This document shows positions 12,401 to 21,185 of a DNA stretch of 64,000 nucleotides, one piece after another. The notes beneath the pieces were generated by a model that saw only the letters and a program-made list of their open reading frames with translations, searched no databases and was not told the origin of the DNA. The position numbers and the translations under genes were made by a program. This DNA is from Phallusia mammillata. Its lineage: Eukaryota. The stretch is taken from the NCBI GenBank assembly GCA_965637545.1, contig OZ281501.1, forward strand, positions 6,324,001 to 6,388,000, given 5' to 3'. Positions within the stretch are counted from its first letter, which is position 1. Each line of letters opens with the position of its first letter.

Positions 12401-15400
12401 ACGTGGACATTATGTATTTTACTTCAGTTGTGCTCATAAGTCCCAGAAAGCATTTTCGGAGCCGAATGGCTAAGGTGTATAATTTTTGGGTAATTGAGGT
12501 AAAAGACTTGACGAAAGTACTTAAGGGTATAAAGAAATGCGTGCATTTGAACTTTGTGGTTTTGCTACGAATTATAAACCTCCTGTAGCGAAAATGTAGA
12601 TAGTTTTACCGTGAGCAGTTGCTTGTGTACAAAACATGTGTTTGGCAATGATGCCCATGGTTTACTATTTAATACAAATATATAACATTTGTCATAACAT
12701 CATAACTTAAGCTGGTTTTATGACATTTCATATTTGTTAGTTTACGCGCGTAACACATCATAGTACGTAAATCATAGTATGCCAAGATTGAAAGCGTAGT
12801 ATCGAATCAACTGGTCACCAAGTATTTCCATTTGGCAAGGCATAGGCTGGAAAAATCTAGCCTGCGGTGGGATTAGAACCGTGCACGACCACGGCCTTTT
12901 CGGGTCTCGATAAACCAACTGAGCTACACAGGCTCAGTATTGAACCCGTCGATGGTCGAATCACAAGCACCGTTGCCTGCCTCGTATCCTGCACATGTCT
13001 GATTCGTAGTAGGGGATCACCAGGTCGACCATTGATCAGCTATGCTAAATTTATAACTGGCATCAGCCCTAATGTGTTCATGCAGACGCTTAACACTTAT
13101 GTCCCTTGTGTTGTTCTCATTTTTAAACTTTAAATTATTCAATTTCAGTTACGGGCATCAAGAACTCGTACACGCCGCGTACGCAAACCGAATCAGCCGC
13201 TTCTTATACCTCCGACTCTGGCACTAGTTTCCCGGTGGCACCTGTCACTGCCAAAGTGTCACCTGCCACCAAACCCAGCTCGTCGCATACACCACCTAGT
13301 CAACTGCCAATCACCGATCCAATCCAGCCTGCTGCCGATTCTTCACGCAATAAGGCACAAATCCCTGTGCCAGATCTCGCACCTACGTCAAATGATAAAG
13401 GTGAGTGAAATTTTTTTCTTTTGTAAAATTTTGAAGGAAAACTGATGCGTATTTAGGTTTTGTTAAATTTCGGCAGTTGCATGTCGCAAACTTGCAGATT
13501 TCGTTGTTTTTTGGCACCTGATTGTGTGTCATAGGTATTGACATAAAACAGTCCTCTTTGAAACCAATTTTGTAGTCGTTTAGGCCTGAAGTCTGAAAAA
13601 ATGCATAGCCCGGACAATCAATTAATCTGTCATTAGAGATTAGACCATTTGGTATGGTTAAGGCACTGCATAAAAAGAATTAGGCACGCAACCATTTACA
13701 TGCAATTTTCGTCCACTTAAAAACTGCAACTATTTCATTGCGACACCCCAAGGCATTTGATATCGTTTTTATGGCAACTTTGCGGTAAAGACTGGCGACA
13801 TCTTATATTTGCTGTTTCAAAATGTCGACGTTCAAAGTGCAAACCGACAATAAATCCACAAACATATGTTCATGCCTCCAGTTGTACCTACATATTAAGT
13901 CAACATGCCACAAAACAGAAAGCCTTGTCAGCTGGTGCAAGATTTTTTAACAACTTTTTGTTATTTGATCATGTTTGTCCAAGGCATGCAACGGTTACTA
14001 GACAATAAATAGGCTACAAATTAAGAGTGATGCTTGTTGTGTATGTATTTTTACCCACAGCAATGCCATGTCTTGTTGAAAATGACTTCTACTTTATAGT
14101 TTCTCACGAAAGCAGGTGTCTAAAGTTGTTAAAAATTGAACAATAGGTCTTGACTAAACAAGTATTGCTCCTCCAATGGTTTTTATCATAAATAATCGAC
14201 GTTGGACGTCCCATACAGGACGCCTTCATCACGATAATGGCATATCTTAAAAGACAAATTTCTTATAAAGCGACAAAAATATTGCACCAAAAAAACACAC
14301 AAAAGCCGCAAAAACAAGCTTGTATCGCTAAACTGGTACTAGCGGAGTGTTAAAACATAGTTTAGTGGTGTAAAATGAGATCTTGCCAACTAAAAATAAT
14401 GAGTCACGCTCGATATCATTTACCCCAACCGTACACCACGCAGTTTTACTAATCGGTAATTTCAAGGCGTACTGCCGGTGTTGTATTTTTGCCCTGTAGA
14501 CTATTTGGTCCAGTTTTGGACATTTTGGTTTGACAAGTGTTATCTATCTTTGTGAGTCAATATTATATCGGTATGGTTCCATTCAAATCGCCGGGGGTTA
14601 TAATTTGTTAATTTAATATCTCGAACTGTTTTCAATACATGCAACCTATATCGTCTTCGCATAATGTTATAATTATAACGCATGAAAAATTAATTGATTG
14701 TACCCAATTTTTTTACACACAAATTTTAGTTTTGCCACCTGCCTTGTTTGTTGCAGTTATTGTAACGTCAATTCCAACTTCACGTAAGCAGTTGGTTTTA
14801 ACCTAATGTTGTTTGAGTATTGAAGTTATTGCGCCAATTCGGACCCATTAAATAGTTGTTGTTTTTCCACATTTTTTATATTATTTGAAAATACAATAGT
14901 TGAATTGTCCAAAATGCGAGACATAGCAGTTATACAGTGGTGGTAAACTCTTATTTAAGCAATGTCGCTTCAGAATGTTGCGTTTATAGGAAGTTCCCCT
15001 ATAGGAGCTCGAATTGTAGCTTGAGGTAATATCACGCCTGGTTGACTACATCCGTTGACGCACGAAAGTAACGAATCTATACAATACCAGGTTTAGGTAG
15101 ACAGCCAGTTCAAGCCCATAAAATATTACAATCTGTATGTCTCGTTACAGTAGTAAAATGTCGTTTTACACCTACCTACAGAATACAAACAAACTATATG
15201 AGTGCATTTGTAGTTCCTATGACTCGTTAAAATTTGTGTTTTACCCATGCAATTGGTATCCTTTTGTACGCTTTCCTTGTGGCTAGTGCACATGCTGTAA
15301 CGAGACCGAAAAACAACAACACTCAAAAAGGTCTACAGACATAACACCGTACAGTTCACATAAAAAACTTTCTGACATTCAAGTCTGAATGCGTGGTGAG

Positions 15401-18400
15401 AATCACGTCGCAGCCGAAACTCGCTGTACGCACGTGGGAAATCCCCTTGTCATTATGACGCTATTGACACGCGTCATACATTTTCAAGTGCCTCCGCTTG
15501 CCTTTGGGCGCGAGTTGGCAAAACACCGCCGCTATTTTGTCCCATTTTTACCGATTTCATGACTGCCAGGGCAGTGCTATTCAACCGTTTTTGTGATATG
15601 CACCATCAGGTTTTTTTTAAGGTTTGGTTTGGGTGACCGCTAAGTAGTTTTAAGAGACCGCAAGTGTTTCATTTAAATAACAAAAAATAGCCATATTTGC
15701 TTAAACGAATTATTTATTAGGCTACTGGTAAATTGGGGGGACCGTTTCGGTCCCCCAAAACACCTTAAAAAAACACTGCACCATTTATAACCAATGCCGT
15801 GATCTTATGCACCTTTTACGACTGAACAATTAACCGACATTTTTAGCTAGTTTATGGAGAAACGCAAATGTGGATTAATGTTTTTTAGGGAAACGAAACT
15901 GTTTTAAATTGGGGGTACGCATGTGTTCATTCACAAACTGCAAATTGCTCGCAATTATCAAACTTTTTAAGCCTCAATGTATCCCTGAACCCTATATGTT
16001 CCCCTTTGGTACACCTGTAAGTGTTATGTTGCTTCCAGAGGTTCACCGTGTATCCAGGTTAAAGAGCGCTTTACTATAGGCCAGGGCATTATTGTAATAA
16101 GATTGGTTAAATTTGCCATGAAAGTTCAGAAAATTTCTTAAACTTTTGCCCTAATGTAGGCTTGCAGACAATTTGATATTATAATACATATATCATTTTT
16201 AGGAGACTGCGTGATTTCGGCAATTCGTGTACTCCTTTGATAATTTGATCAAAACTGACTTACTTAGAACTAAAAGGCCTTGTATAGCCATGTTTATAAA
16301 ATGTATCCTTCGGCCTGCCCTGGGGCCACGTCCCGCTATTCAGATGCAATAGCACTACCTGGTACATTTCAAAACTTCACTGGTGCTTTGCACTCTATAA
16401 TTCGGGTTAAAATACAACATGTTCCAATGGCATTTGTGGTATTAGGGTTGCCCTATGGAGGCATTGGAATATCTAAATGTACATTAACTTCATACGCCAA
16501 AAAATCCAAAAAGTGTTTTTTAGAATTTCAGTGGAATTTATTTTGCCAAGATCGCTTACATCAGTGGTTCTGGACGTTTTTTTGTGCTTGTATCTTTCCA
16601 ACGTTAATGAATTTTCTTTGTACCTCTTGTATTTTCACATCAATAATTTTGACACCCTATAGCAGCGCTCTTCAACCTTTTTTCCCGTTGTATACCTTTT
16701 TGCAATTTTCAAGCAACTTTGTATACCCTACACATGGTAATTTTTAATTGCGCACATAAAGTAAAACAGTCAACTAATAGTTACGGTACTTGCCTGGTCA
16801 CGTGAATTATTGTTATACTAGACCAGGGGTAGATAACTTGTCGCCGTGAACATGTAAACTGAAATGCATGTACTGGCGGCCGTGATGTAAATAAAACACG
16901 GTACGTATTTGGATTGTAAAACTAGTTTGTGGGTCTGGAAAAAATATTATCAGCCCAGAAGCCACTCAATCTACGGAACAAGCTAGAAATTAAATTCGCT
17001 ATCAGGCACTATTAGGAAGGATTTACCATTCGACCATTTAAAAAATCAGTTAATTTTGTTTATTTGACTTCATCTCAAAAAGTTCGAAAAATCCTATTTC
17101 GTTTTCGCAATCCGTTACTCCAGGAATGTTAAAAGTAAAATCTCAGAAAGTAACAGGTAGATGCTTATTGCTTCATAATTCACATTGTTGGCGCAACAAT
17201 CCGAAACTGACGCAATAATGTTCACAACAAGCAGGTCAGTCTCACAGGTCATGAATGACGATGCTATGCCTTCCTGCATTTCATACAAAATAGTGACCTT
17301 TAATAACACTGACCGCAGCTGTATTCCCTTCGTATACCCTTTTTCAGTCGTATACCCTAGTTTAGATGCGGTATACACTTGGGTATACAGTATACCCGGT
17401 TGAAGAGCACTGCCCTATAGTGCTTCAACGTTGTTGCTTCGTAATCCCACGTTTCGAAACACTGGCGTTACTTGGAAAACGTTAAAAAGTAGGTTTTCAA
17501 ATTTAAATCCCATACCGCTTACCTATATGCTATCACTAAACCACAATATGAGTCACCAACCATAGCCTACCTGGCGATGCGAACACGCTATGAACTGTAT
17601 TTATATTTAGACAAATGTGCATGTCATATCCCGGCACGCACAGGTCATTCTGAGTATTATGAGGTGTATGTTATGCGTAATCACTATTAGCTTAAATGAT
17701 GTACTTAAAAGCATCCTAAATTATAGTTTAAAGGTTAGAGATACATTAAACATTTAAACTGGAACTTTTCAACAAAATGGGGAAATCCCTGTATTTTGCC
17801 TAAAAATTCAAGAATTCTTTCAAAGAAAATAGATTTCACCTGAGTAATAGGCTTCTTCAGTATCGTATTCATATAGAAAGACAATAAAGCTAAGAGTGCA
17901 TTATTATTCTAACTTCAGCCATTCATCTTTCAGACTTACGGTTTTATATTTATGAACATTTTAAAGTTTTTTTTTTTCGACAATAGTCCCTGTGCTTTTA
18001 TGCCAACAGTTTCTTTTTGTATTTCAGCCAAAGAAATAGCGAATGGTCATGTAGAAGATTGGGCTGCAGAATCATCTGACCTTCCTTTGCCTGTAAGTTC
18101 ATGAATTATTGCCTTTTTTACCTTCTTATTCAGCTTTGCACATAAACCTCGGTTTAACCGGATTCAGTTAATCCGGATCTTCGCCTCATTCGGACAAAAC
18201 TGAACCTACAAATAATTTCGTGTGGTAAGGCTTTAACTAATCGACATCGATTGATCCGGATCTTCGCCTAACCCGGTAAAATTTGTTGGTCTAAAGTCTA
18301 AACGGTTCCGGATTAACCGAGGTTTACTCTAGTCCTAAATGTCTTCGTATGCCCAAGTAACTTGACACCGAAGGATAAAGAGTTACAATTACATTTATGC

Positions 18401-21185
18401 AAAGAGTACAATATTTATAGCAACAAACTTGATACAACGCTGCTTTTGTCATTTGTAACAGGAGAGTCCAGCTTCTTGGGCGAGTGGAACACCTCTTCTT
18501 ACACCGGACGGCACTTTTAAAGAGAATTCTATGGGAACGCCGCAACCGCAAAGGTAGAACTCAGATACTGGTTTTCAAAACACGAAAGCGCGATTGAAAA
18601 ATTATATGTTACAAAGTCTGTAGATGTGTTAATGTGCCTTCGAGTCTGATTTTAAACTTTTGACTTGATTTTCCGTAATATTAAATAGAACTAAATACTA
18701 TGAACATAATTTCATAACTGGGACCATTCCTGAATTTATGCAGGCCAGTGATAATGACACACTTATATAAATTATAGTACGCCATGCCCATTGAAGGCGT
18801 TATACCGAATCAGCCGGTCGCCAAGCATTCCCATACGGCAAGGCATAGGCTAGAAAAAATGGCGTATTGTGATTTGAATATAGAACTAACAATTACGTTT
18901 CGAATAAGCGTTATTTGTCCTCAGCACTAAGGGTTAACGTAATTCAGCAATACATGTAACCATGGTCATTACCTTATTCAAATAGAATTATGGTCGAATT
19001 TGAATAACCTTATGTCCATTTGAATTGAAACCTAAAATAAATTTGTCCCAGCACCAAGTCACAGACTTCTAAACAAAAGAAAGGGGAAAAGTCAAGGTAA
19101 CAATTGTCGTGCGTCATAGATGCTTCACACTTATTAGTTTTAATGCTTAGTTAGTTCATCTTAATTTTGGGTATATAAGGTGTCCTAGCGAAGCTTACAA
19201 CAAATTTCATTTCCTGAAACTTGTTGCTTATAATCTTTTAGCAATAGACAAATTTAAACATTAGAGCAGAATTTAAACTTGCCATAACCGTTGCTTGAAC
19301 TGTACAGATAAGATGAACTTGATTTTTCGGCCAACTTTTGAACAGTAAATCTCGGTTTAACCGGATTCAGTTAATCCGTATCTTGGCCTAATTCGGACAA
19401 AACTTGAGGTACAAATGATTTTTTATGTGGCAAGGCTGATGGACATCGGTTAATCCGAACCTTCGCCGAATCCGGACAAATTTTTGGTCCAAGCAGGTCT
19501 GGATTAACCGGGGTTGACTTGTATTTAAAATTATAACTCGATGTCAGGTATCAGGACCACGTTTTAATCAGTTCGATTGTGATTAAGTTAAGTAAAGAAG
19601 ATGTGGAAAAATATGTAGCGTATTTTTCCAACGTTTTACCTTTAAAATTCTTACAACAAACTTCGGGGAATTCCTACATAACCGTTGAGAGCTAATGAAT
19701 GAAGATTCCCGGCTCAAAAGGCTTGACCTTATTTTAATGGCGGGTTAATTTCATTCATGTCTGGGTATTTTCTGTGAAATCCCCTGTGGTAAAATACTAC
19801 CTAGCGGAAATTGTGCGTATTCTACTAACTGAATGCACAGCTGGATAACTTTGGATGTATTGAACAAAACAGATTTTGGAGACAACTTTAATGTCAACAC
19901 ATTTGTTTACAGTTAAACCAAGAATTTTGTGTATTTTTGCAGGACGCAACGGCGGGACCGAAACAAAAAAGCATCTGTTTCGGACAAGGTTAGTAACTGG
20001 CTGTGGTAAAATAAATGTATTTAGATTTAAATGGCCATTGTCTGTGTTAAAACTTTCAGAAAATCAGTATTCAATTAGATCCACTTTTTACCTTATTTTA
20101 AAGATTTGCATAAAGTAATGTACTTTTTGTGGTAAGACACATACAAATTAACGTATTTTCATTCTTAACTAAGCTATTTTTACTTAACAAATTTAGGTCG
20201 ATTTTTCAAGTAAGCTTCTCAATTACGCCATTTTATTCAACTCTATTTCTATTTAGGATCAAGACCTCATGCCGCCTCCCGACCAAATCCCTTCATCTCG
20301 TGGAGGATCCGCGCCCGCACAGAACGAAATGAAACGTGATCGAAGTGGCGAACGCTCCTCAAGTAACCACAACAACACCTCGAGAAATTACAGAAGCCAG
20401 GATTACAAGGCATCTGGAGATCGGGCCCAGCAATTCAGGGACAAACCTCGTGGGGGATACAGGGGTTACAGAGGTGGCTACCGGGGCAACCGTGGGGGCT
20501 CCTACCGCGGATCGTACCACGGGCCCCCGAGAGGCGAACAGCAGCCATTCAGTGACCGTTCAAACGACTATGGGTCGCGTCCACCAAGTGGTCAGTACAG
20601 AAATGACCGAGGTGGACGTGGTTATGATAACAGGCCATCACGTGGACAATACGGTGGTAACAAGCGTTATAATGATGATAATCGGAATCAAAAGTTTAAT
20701 AAATCGGAAAGCGATGGACCGCCAAAGAATGTGAACAAAGCTTCTGAAGCCAGCAAACCTGTCGCGTCCAAGGTAACTTTTTAAAAAATTGAAAAGAATG
20801 TTTACAAAGCTAAAAAAATGTCAGGATTTCTCATATCGAGTGGCCGACCACCTTTAGCAGTTAATATTTTTTTTTTACTCCATTATACTGCATTAGTCCG
20901 CGAAGTTGGATGCTAGGCCATTTGGAGAATCTGTGTCTTATGTGAATAAGCACACGTATCCCCCCAAAAAGGTTACATGAAATTGTTTCCTTTGAAAAAA
21001 AGTTTTATGCTTGTGCTTTTTTGCTTGGGATAACTGTTTACTGATGCATTAGGTGACGTATTTTGTTGACTTGAAATTTACAATTTCAACAACAACGTGT
21101 TTGTAAACGAACTATTTCACAAAAAAACATATTACCGAACTCCTTGTCTATAATTCAGGCACCGACCAGCTCCAAACAGGAATAA
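6471..21185 (+). CDS. SPATS2L: SPATS2/SPATS2L-family protein (DUF1387; stress-granule/nucleolar RNA-binding type), 15 coding exons, about 698 aa
   Basis: Exons 6471-6491, 7128-7236, 7687-7850, 8288-8618, 8961-9001, 9225-9255, 10040-10146, 10558-10639, 11038-11250, 13149-13400, 18028-18092, 18462-18553, 19943-19988, 20257-20772, 21159-21185. All GT-AG and phase-consistent (2097 nt). KEKIAAVRAVVSDRSNDQIVLVLQ, IEKAVKDLQRCTVS and LRSEIKHFVAERKFDEELG match recalled human SPATS2/SPATS2L motifs. Probably co-orthologous to both. Confidence 0.93.
6830..6870. repeat. Short tandem repeat, three copies of AGTCTATGCTAA(G)
   Basis: agtctatgctaaggattat agtctatgctaaagaag agtctatgctaagga seen directly. Confidence 0.8.
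7128..7236 (+). CDS. SPATS2L: SPATS2-like exon 2 (conserved N-terminal helical, UBA/CUE-like segment)
   Basis: IAAVRAVVSDRSNDQIVLVLQHHDGDADKTIADFLEG; tttacag acceptor, G|GTGATG donor. Confidence 0.92.
7687..7850 (+). CDS. SPATS2L: SPATS2-like exon 3 (basic NLS-like stretch)
   Basis: GNADDILTEWQHAGQNKSAKAKKRKKKL...; ttgtag acceptor, GTAAGC donor. Confidence 0.92.
8045..8249. mobile_element. Non-autonomous hAT element (MITE), right TIR eroded
   Basis: Left end CAGTAGTTCTTAAACT (hAT/Charlie-type); perfect 8-bp TSD CAATAGAG at 8037-8044 and 8250-8257. Confidence 0.75.
8288..8618 (+). CDS. SPATS2L: SPATS2-like exon 4 (low-complexity Ser/Asn/Thr linker)
   Basis: Open 331 nt between gaactag and CAG|GTATTT; phases fit neighbouring exons. 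Confidence 0.88.
8961..9001 (+). CDS. SPATS2L: SPATS2-like exon 5
   Basis: ctttgcag acceptor, GTAAGT donor, GNQHATNGQTATSQ. Confidence 0.85.
9225..9255 (+). CDS. SPATS2L: SPATS2-like exon 6 (31 nt)
   Basis: tttttacag acceptor, GTAAGT donor, HDTGISANKK; phase needed to link exons 5 and 7. Confidence 0.82.
10040..10146 (+). CDS. SPATS2L: SPATS2-like exon 7 (conserved core)
   Basis: IEKAVKDLQRCTVSYGRYKNLLNGEIQDSYKRIKQ. Confidence 0.95.
10558..10639 (+). CDS. SPATS2L: SPATS2-like exon 8
   Basis: TFEALTNALMDREVQLIRNLDEIKNAA; tgtttag / GTGAGC. Confidence 0.92.
11038..11250 (+). CDS. SPATS2L: SPATS2-like exon 9 (conserved coiled-coil core)
   Basis: ELMAKREAQAHELKRQTD...KHFVAERKFDEELGRTSRFTFD...FGE; GTAAGT donor. 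Confidence 0.95.
12013..12191. mobile_element. hAT MITE, 179 bp
   Basis: TIR CAGGGGTGTG / CACACCCCTG; TSD GTGTGAAA vs GTGTAAAA (7/8). Confidence 0.8.
12757..12934 (-). mobile_element. tRNA-derived SINE
   Basis: Minus strand AGCCTGTGTAGCTCAGTTGGT (A box)...GGTTCTAATCCCACCGCAGGCT (B box, acceptor-stem pairing) with a broken anticodon arm, then a body shared with 18775-18858 and a short TACTATGAT tail repeat. Confidence 0.75.
13149..13400 (+). CDS. SPATS2L: SPATS2-like exon 10
   Basis: ITGIKNSYTPRT (cf. human ITHPKNNYSSRTP) then Pro/Ser-rich; GTGAGT donor. Confidence 0.92.
15572..16071. mobile_element. hAT MITE related to the 16663 element, diverged
   Basis: Ends CAGTGCTATTCAACC and GGTTAAAGAGCGCTT resemble the 16663 TIRs; similar GTAT(A)CC subterminal motifs; TSD not clean. 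Confidence 0.6.
16663..17412. mobile_element. Non-autonomous hAT element, 750 bp
   Basis: 15-bp TIRs CAGCGCTCTTCAACC / GGTTGAAGAGCACTG (14/15), perfect TSD CCCTATAG (16655-16662, 17413-17420), repeated GTATACCC subterminal motifs. Confidence 0.9.
18028..18092 (+). CDS. SPATS2L: SPATS2-like exon 11
   Basis: atttcag / GTAAGT; AKEIANGHVEDWAAESSDLPLP; phase-consistent. Confidence 0.82.
18141..18328. mobile_element. pogo/Tigger-like MITE copy 1
   Basis: TIR AAACCTCGGTT(T)AACCGGA / TCCGGATTAACCGAGGTTT with internal TTAATCCGGA repeats; clearly homologous to 19343-19521. Confidence 0.8.
18462..18553 (+). CDS. SPATS2L: SPATS2-like exon 12
   Basis: tgtaacag / AAG|GTAGAA; ESPASWASGTPLLTPDG...; phase-consistent. 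Confidence 0.82.
18775..18858 (-). mobile_element. 5'-truncated copy of the 12757 SINE
   Basis: Shares GGCAAGGCATAGGCT(A/G)GAAAAA and the upstream body with 12780-12856; lacks the tRNA head. Confidence 0.65.
18971..18988 (-). ncRNA. Ciona-type spliced-leader exon plus GT donor (SL RNA orphon or pseudogene candidate)
   Basis: Reverse complement of 18971-18988 is ATTCTATTTGAATAAG|GT, a 16/16 match to the recalled Ciona SL followed by donor GTAATG. No Sm-site-like motif recognised downstream. Confidence 0.5.
19343..19521. mobile_element. pogo/Tigger-like MITE copy 2
   Basis: CAGTAAATCTCGGTTTAACCGGATTCAGTTAATCCG... ends GGATTAACCGGGGTTGACT; same orientation as 18141. Confidence 0.8.
19943..19988 (+). 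CDS. SPATS2L: SPATS2-like exon 13
   Basis: tttttgcag / AAG|GTTAGT; TQRRDRNKKASVSDK. Confidence 0.82.
20257..20772 (+). CDS. SPATS2L: SPATS2-like exon 14 (RGG/YG-rich low-complexity tail)
   Basis: Contains ORF 20269-20784 (RGGYRGYRGGYRGNRGGSYRG...); acceptor ctatttag; donor AAG|GTAACT. Confidence 0.9.
21159..21185 (+). CDS. SPATS2L: SPATS2-like terminal exon (APTSSKQE*)
   Basis: Acceptor ttgtctataattcag, in phase 0 with exon 14, TAA at 21183-21185. Confidence 0.7.
   Translation, partial: APTSSKQE

Noticed and set aside
12859-12934. Functional tRNA gene
   Set aside because: Anticodon and T arms do not pair; it continues into a repeated body and tail, so a SINE head is the better call.
16280-16747. 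155-aa ORF in a SPATS2 intron
   Set aside because: Runs across MITE ends, is F/L-rich from T-rich DNA, and has no domain.
20336-20734. 132-aa ORF in another frame
   Set aside because: Frame-shifted shadow of the GC-rich SPATS2 exon 14.
341-21185. PP1-SPATS2 adjacency as conserved synteny (PPP1CB/SPATS2L on human chr2, PPP1CC/SPATS2 on chr12)
   Set aside because: The human pairs are very far apart and 2p/2q derive from different ancestral chromosomes; no real support.
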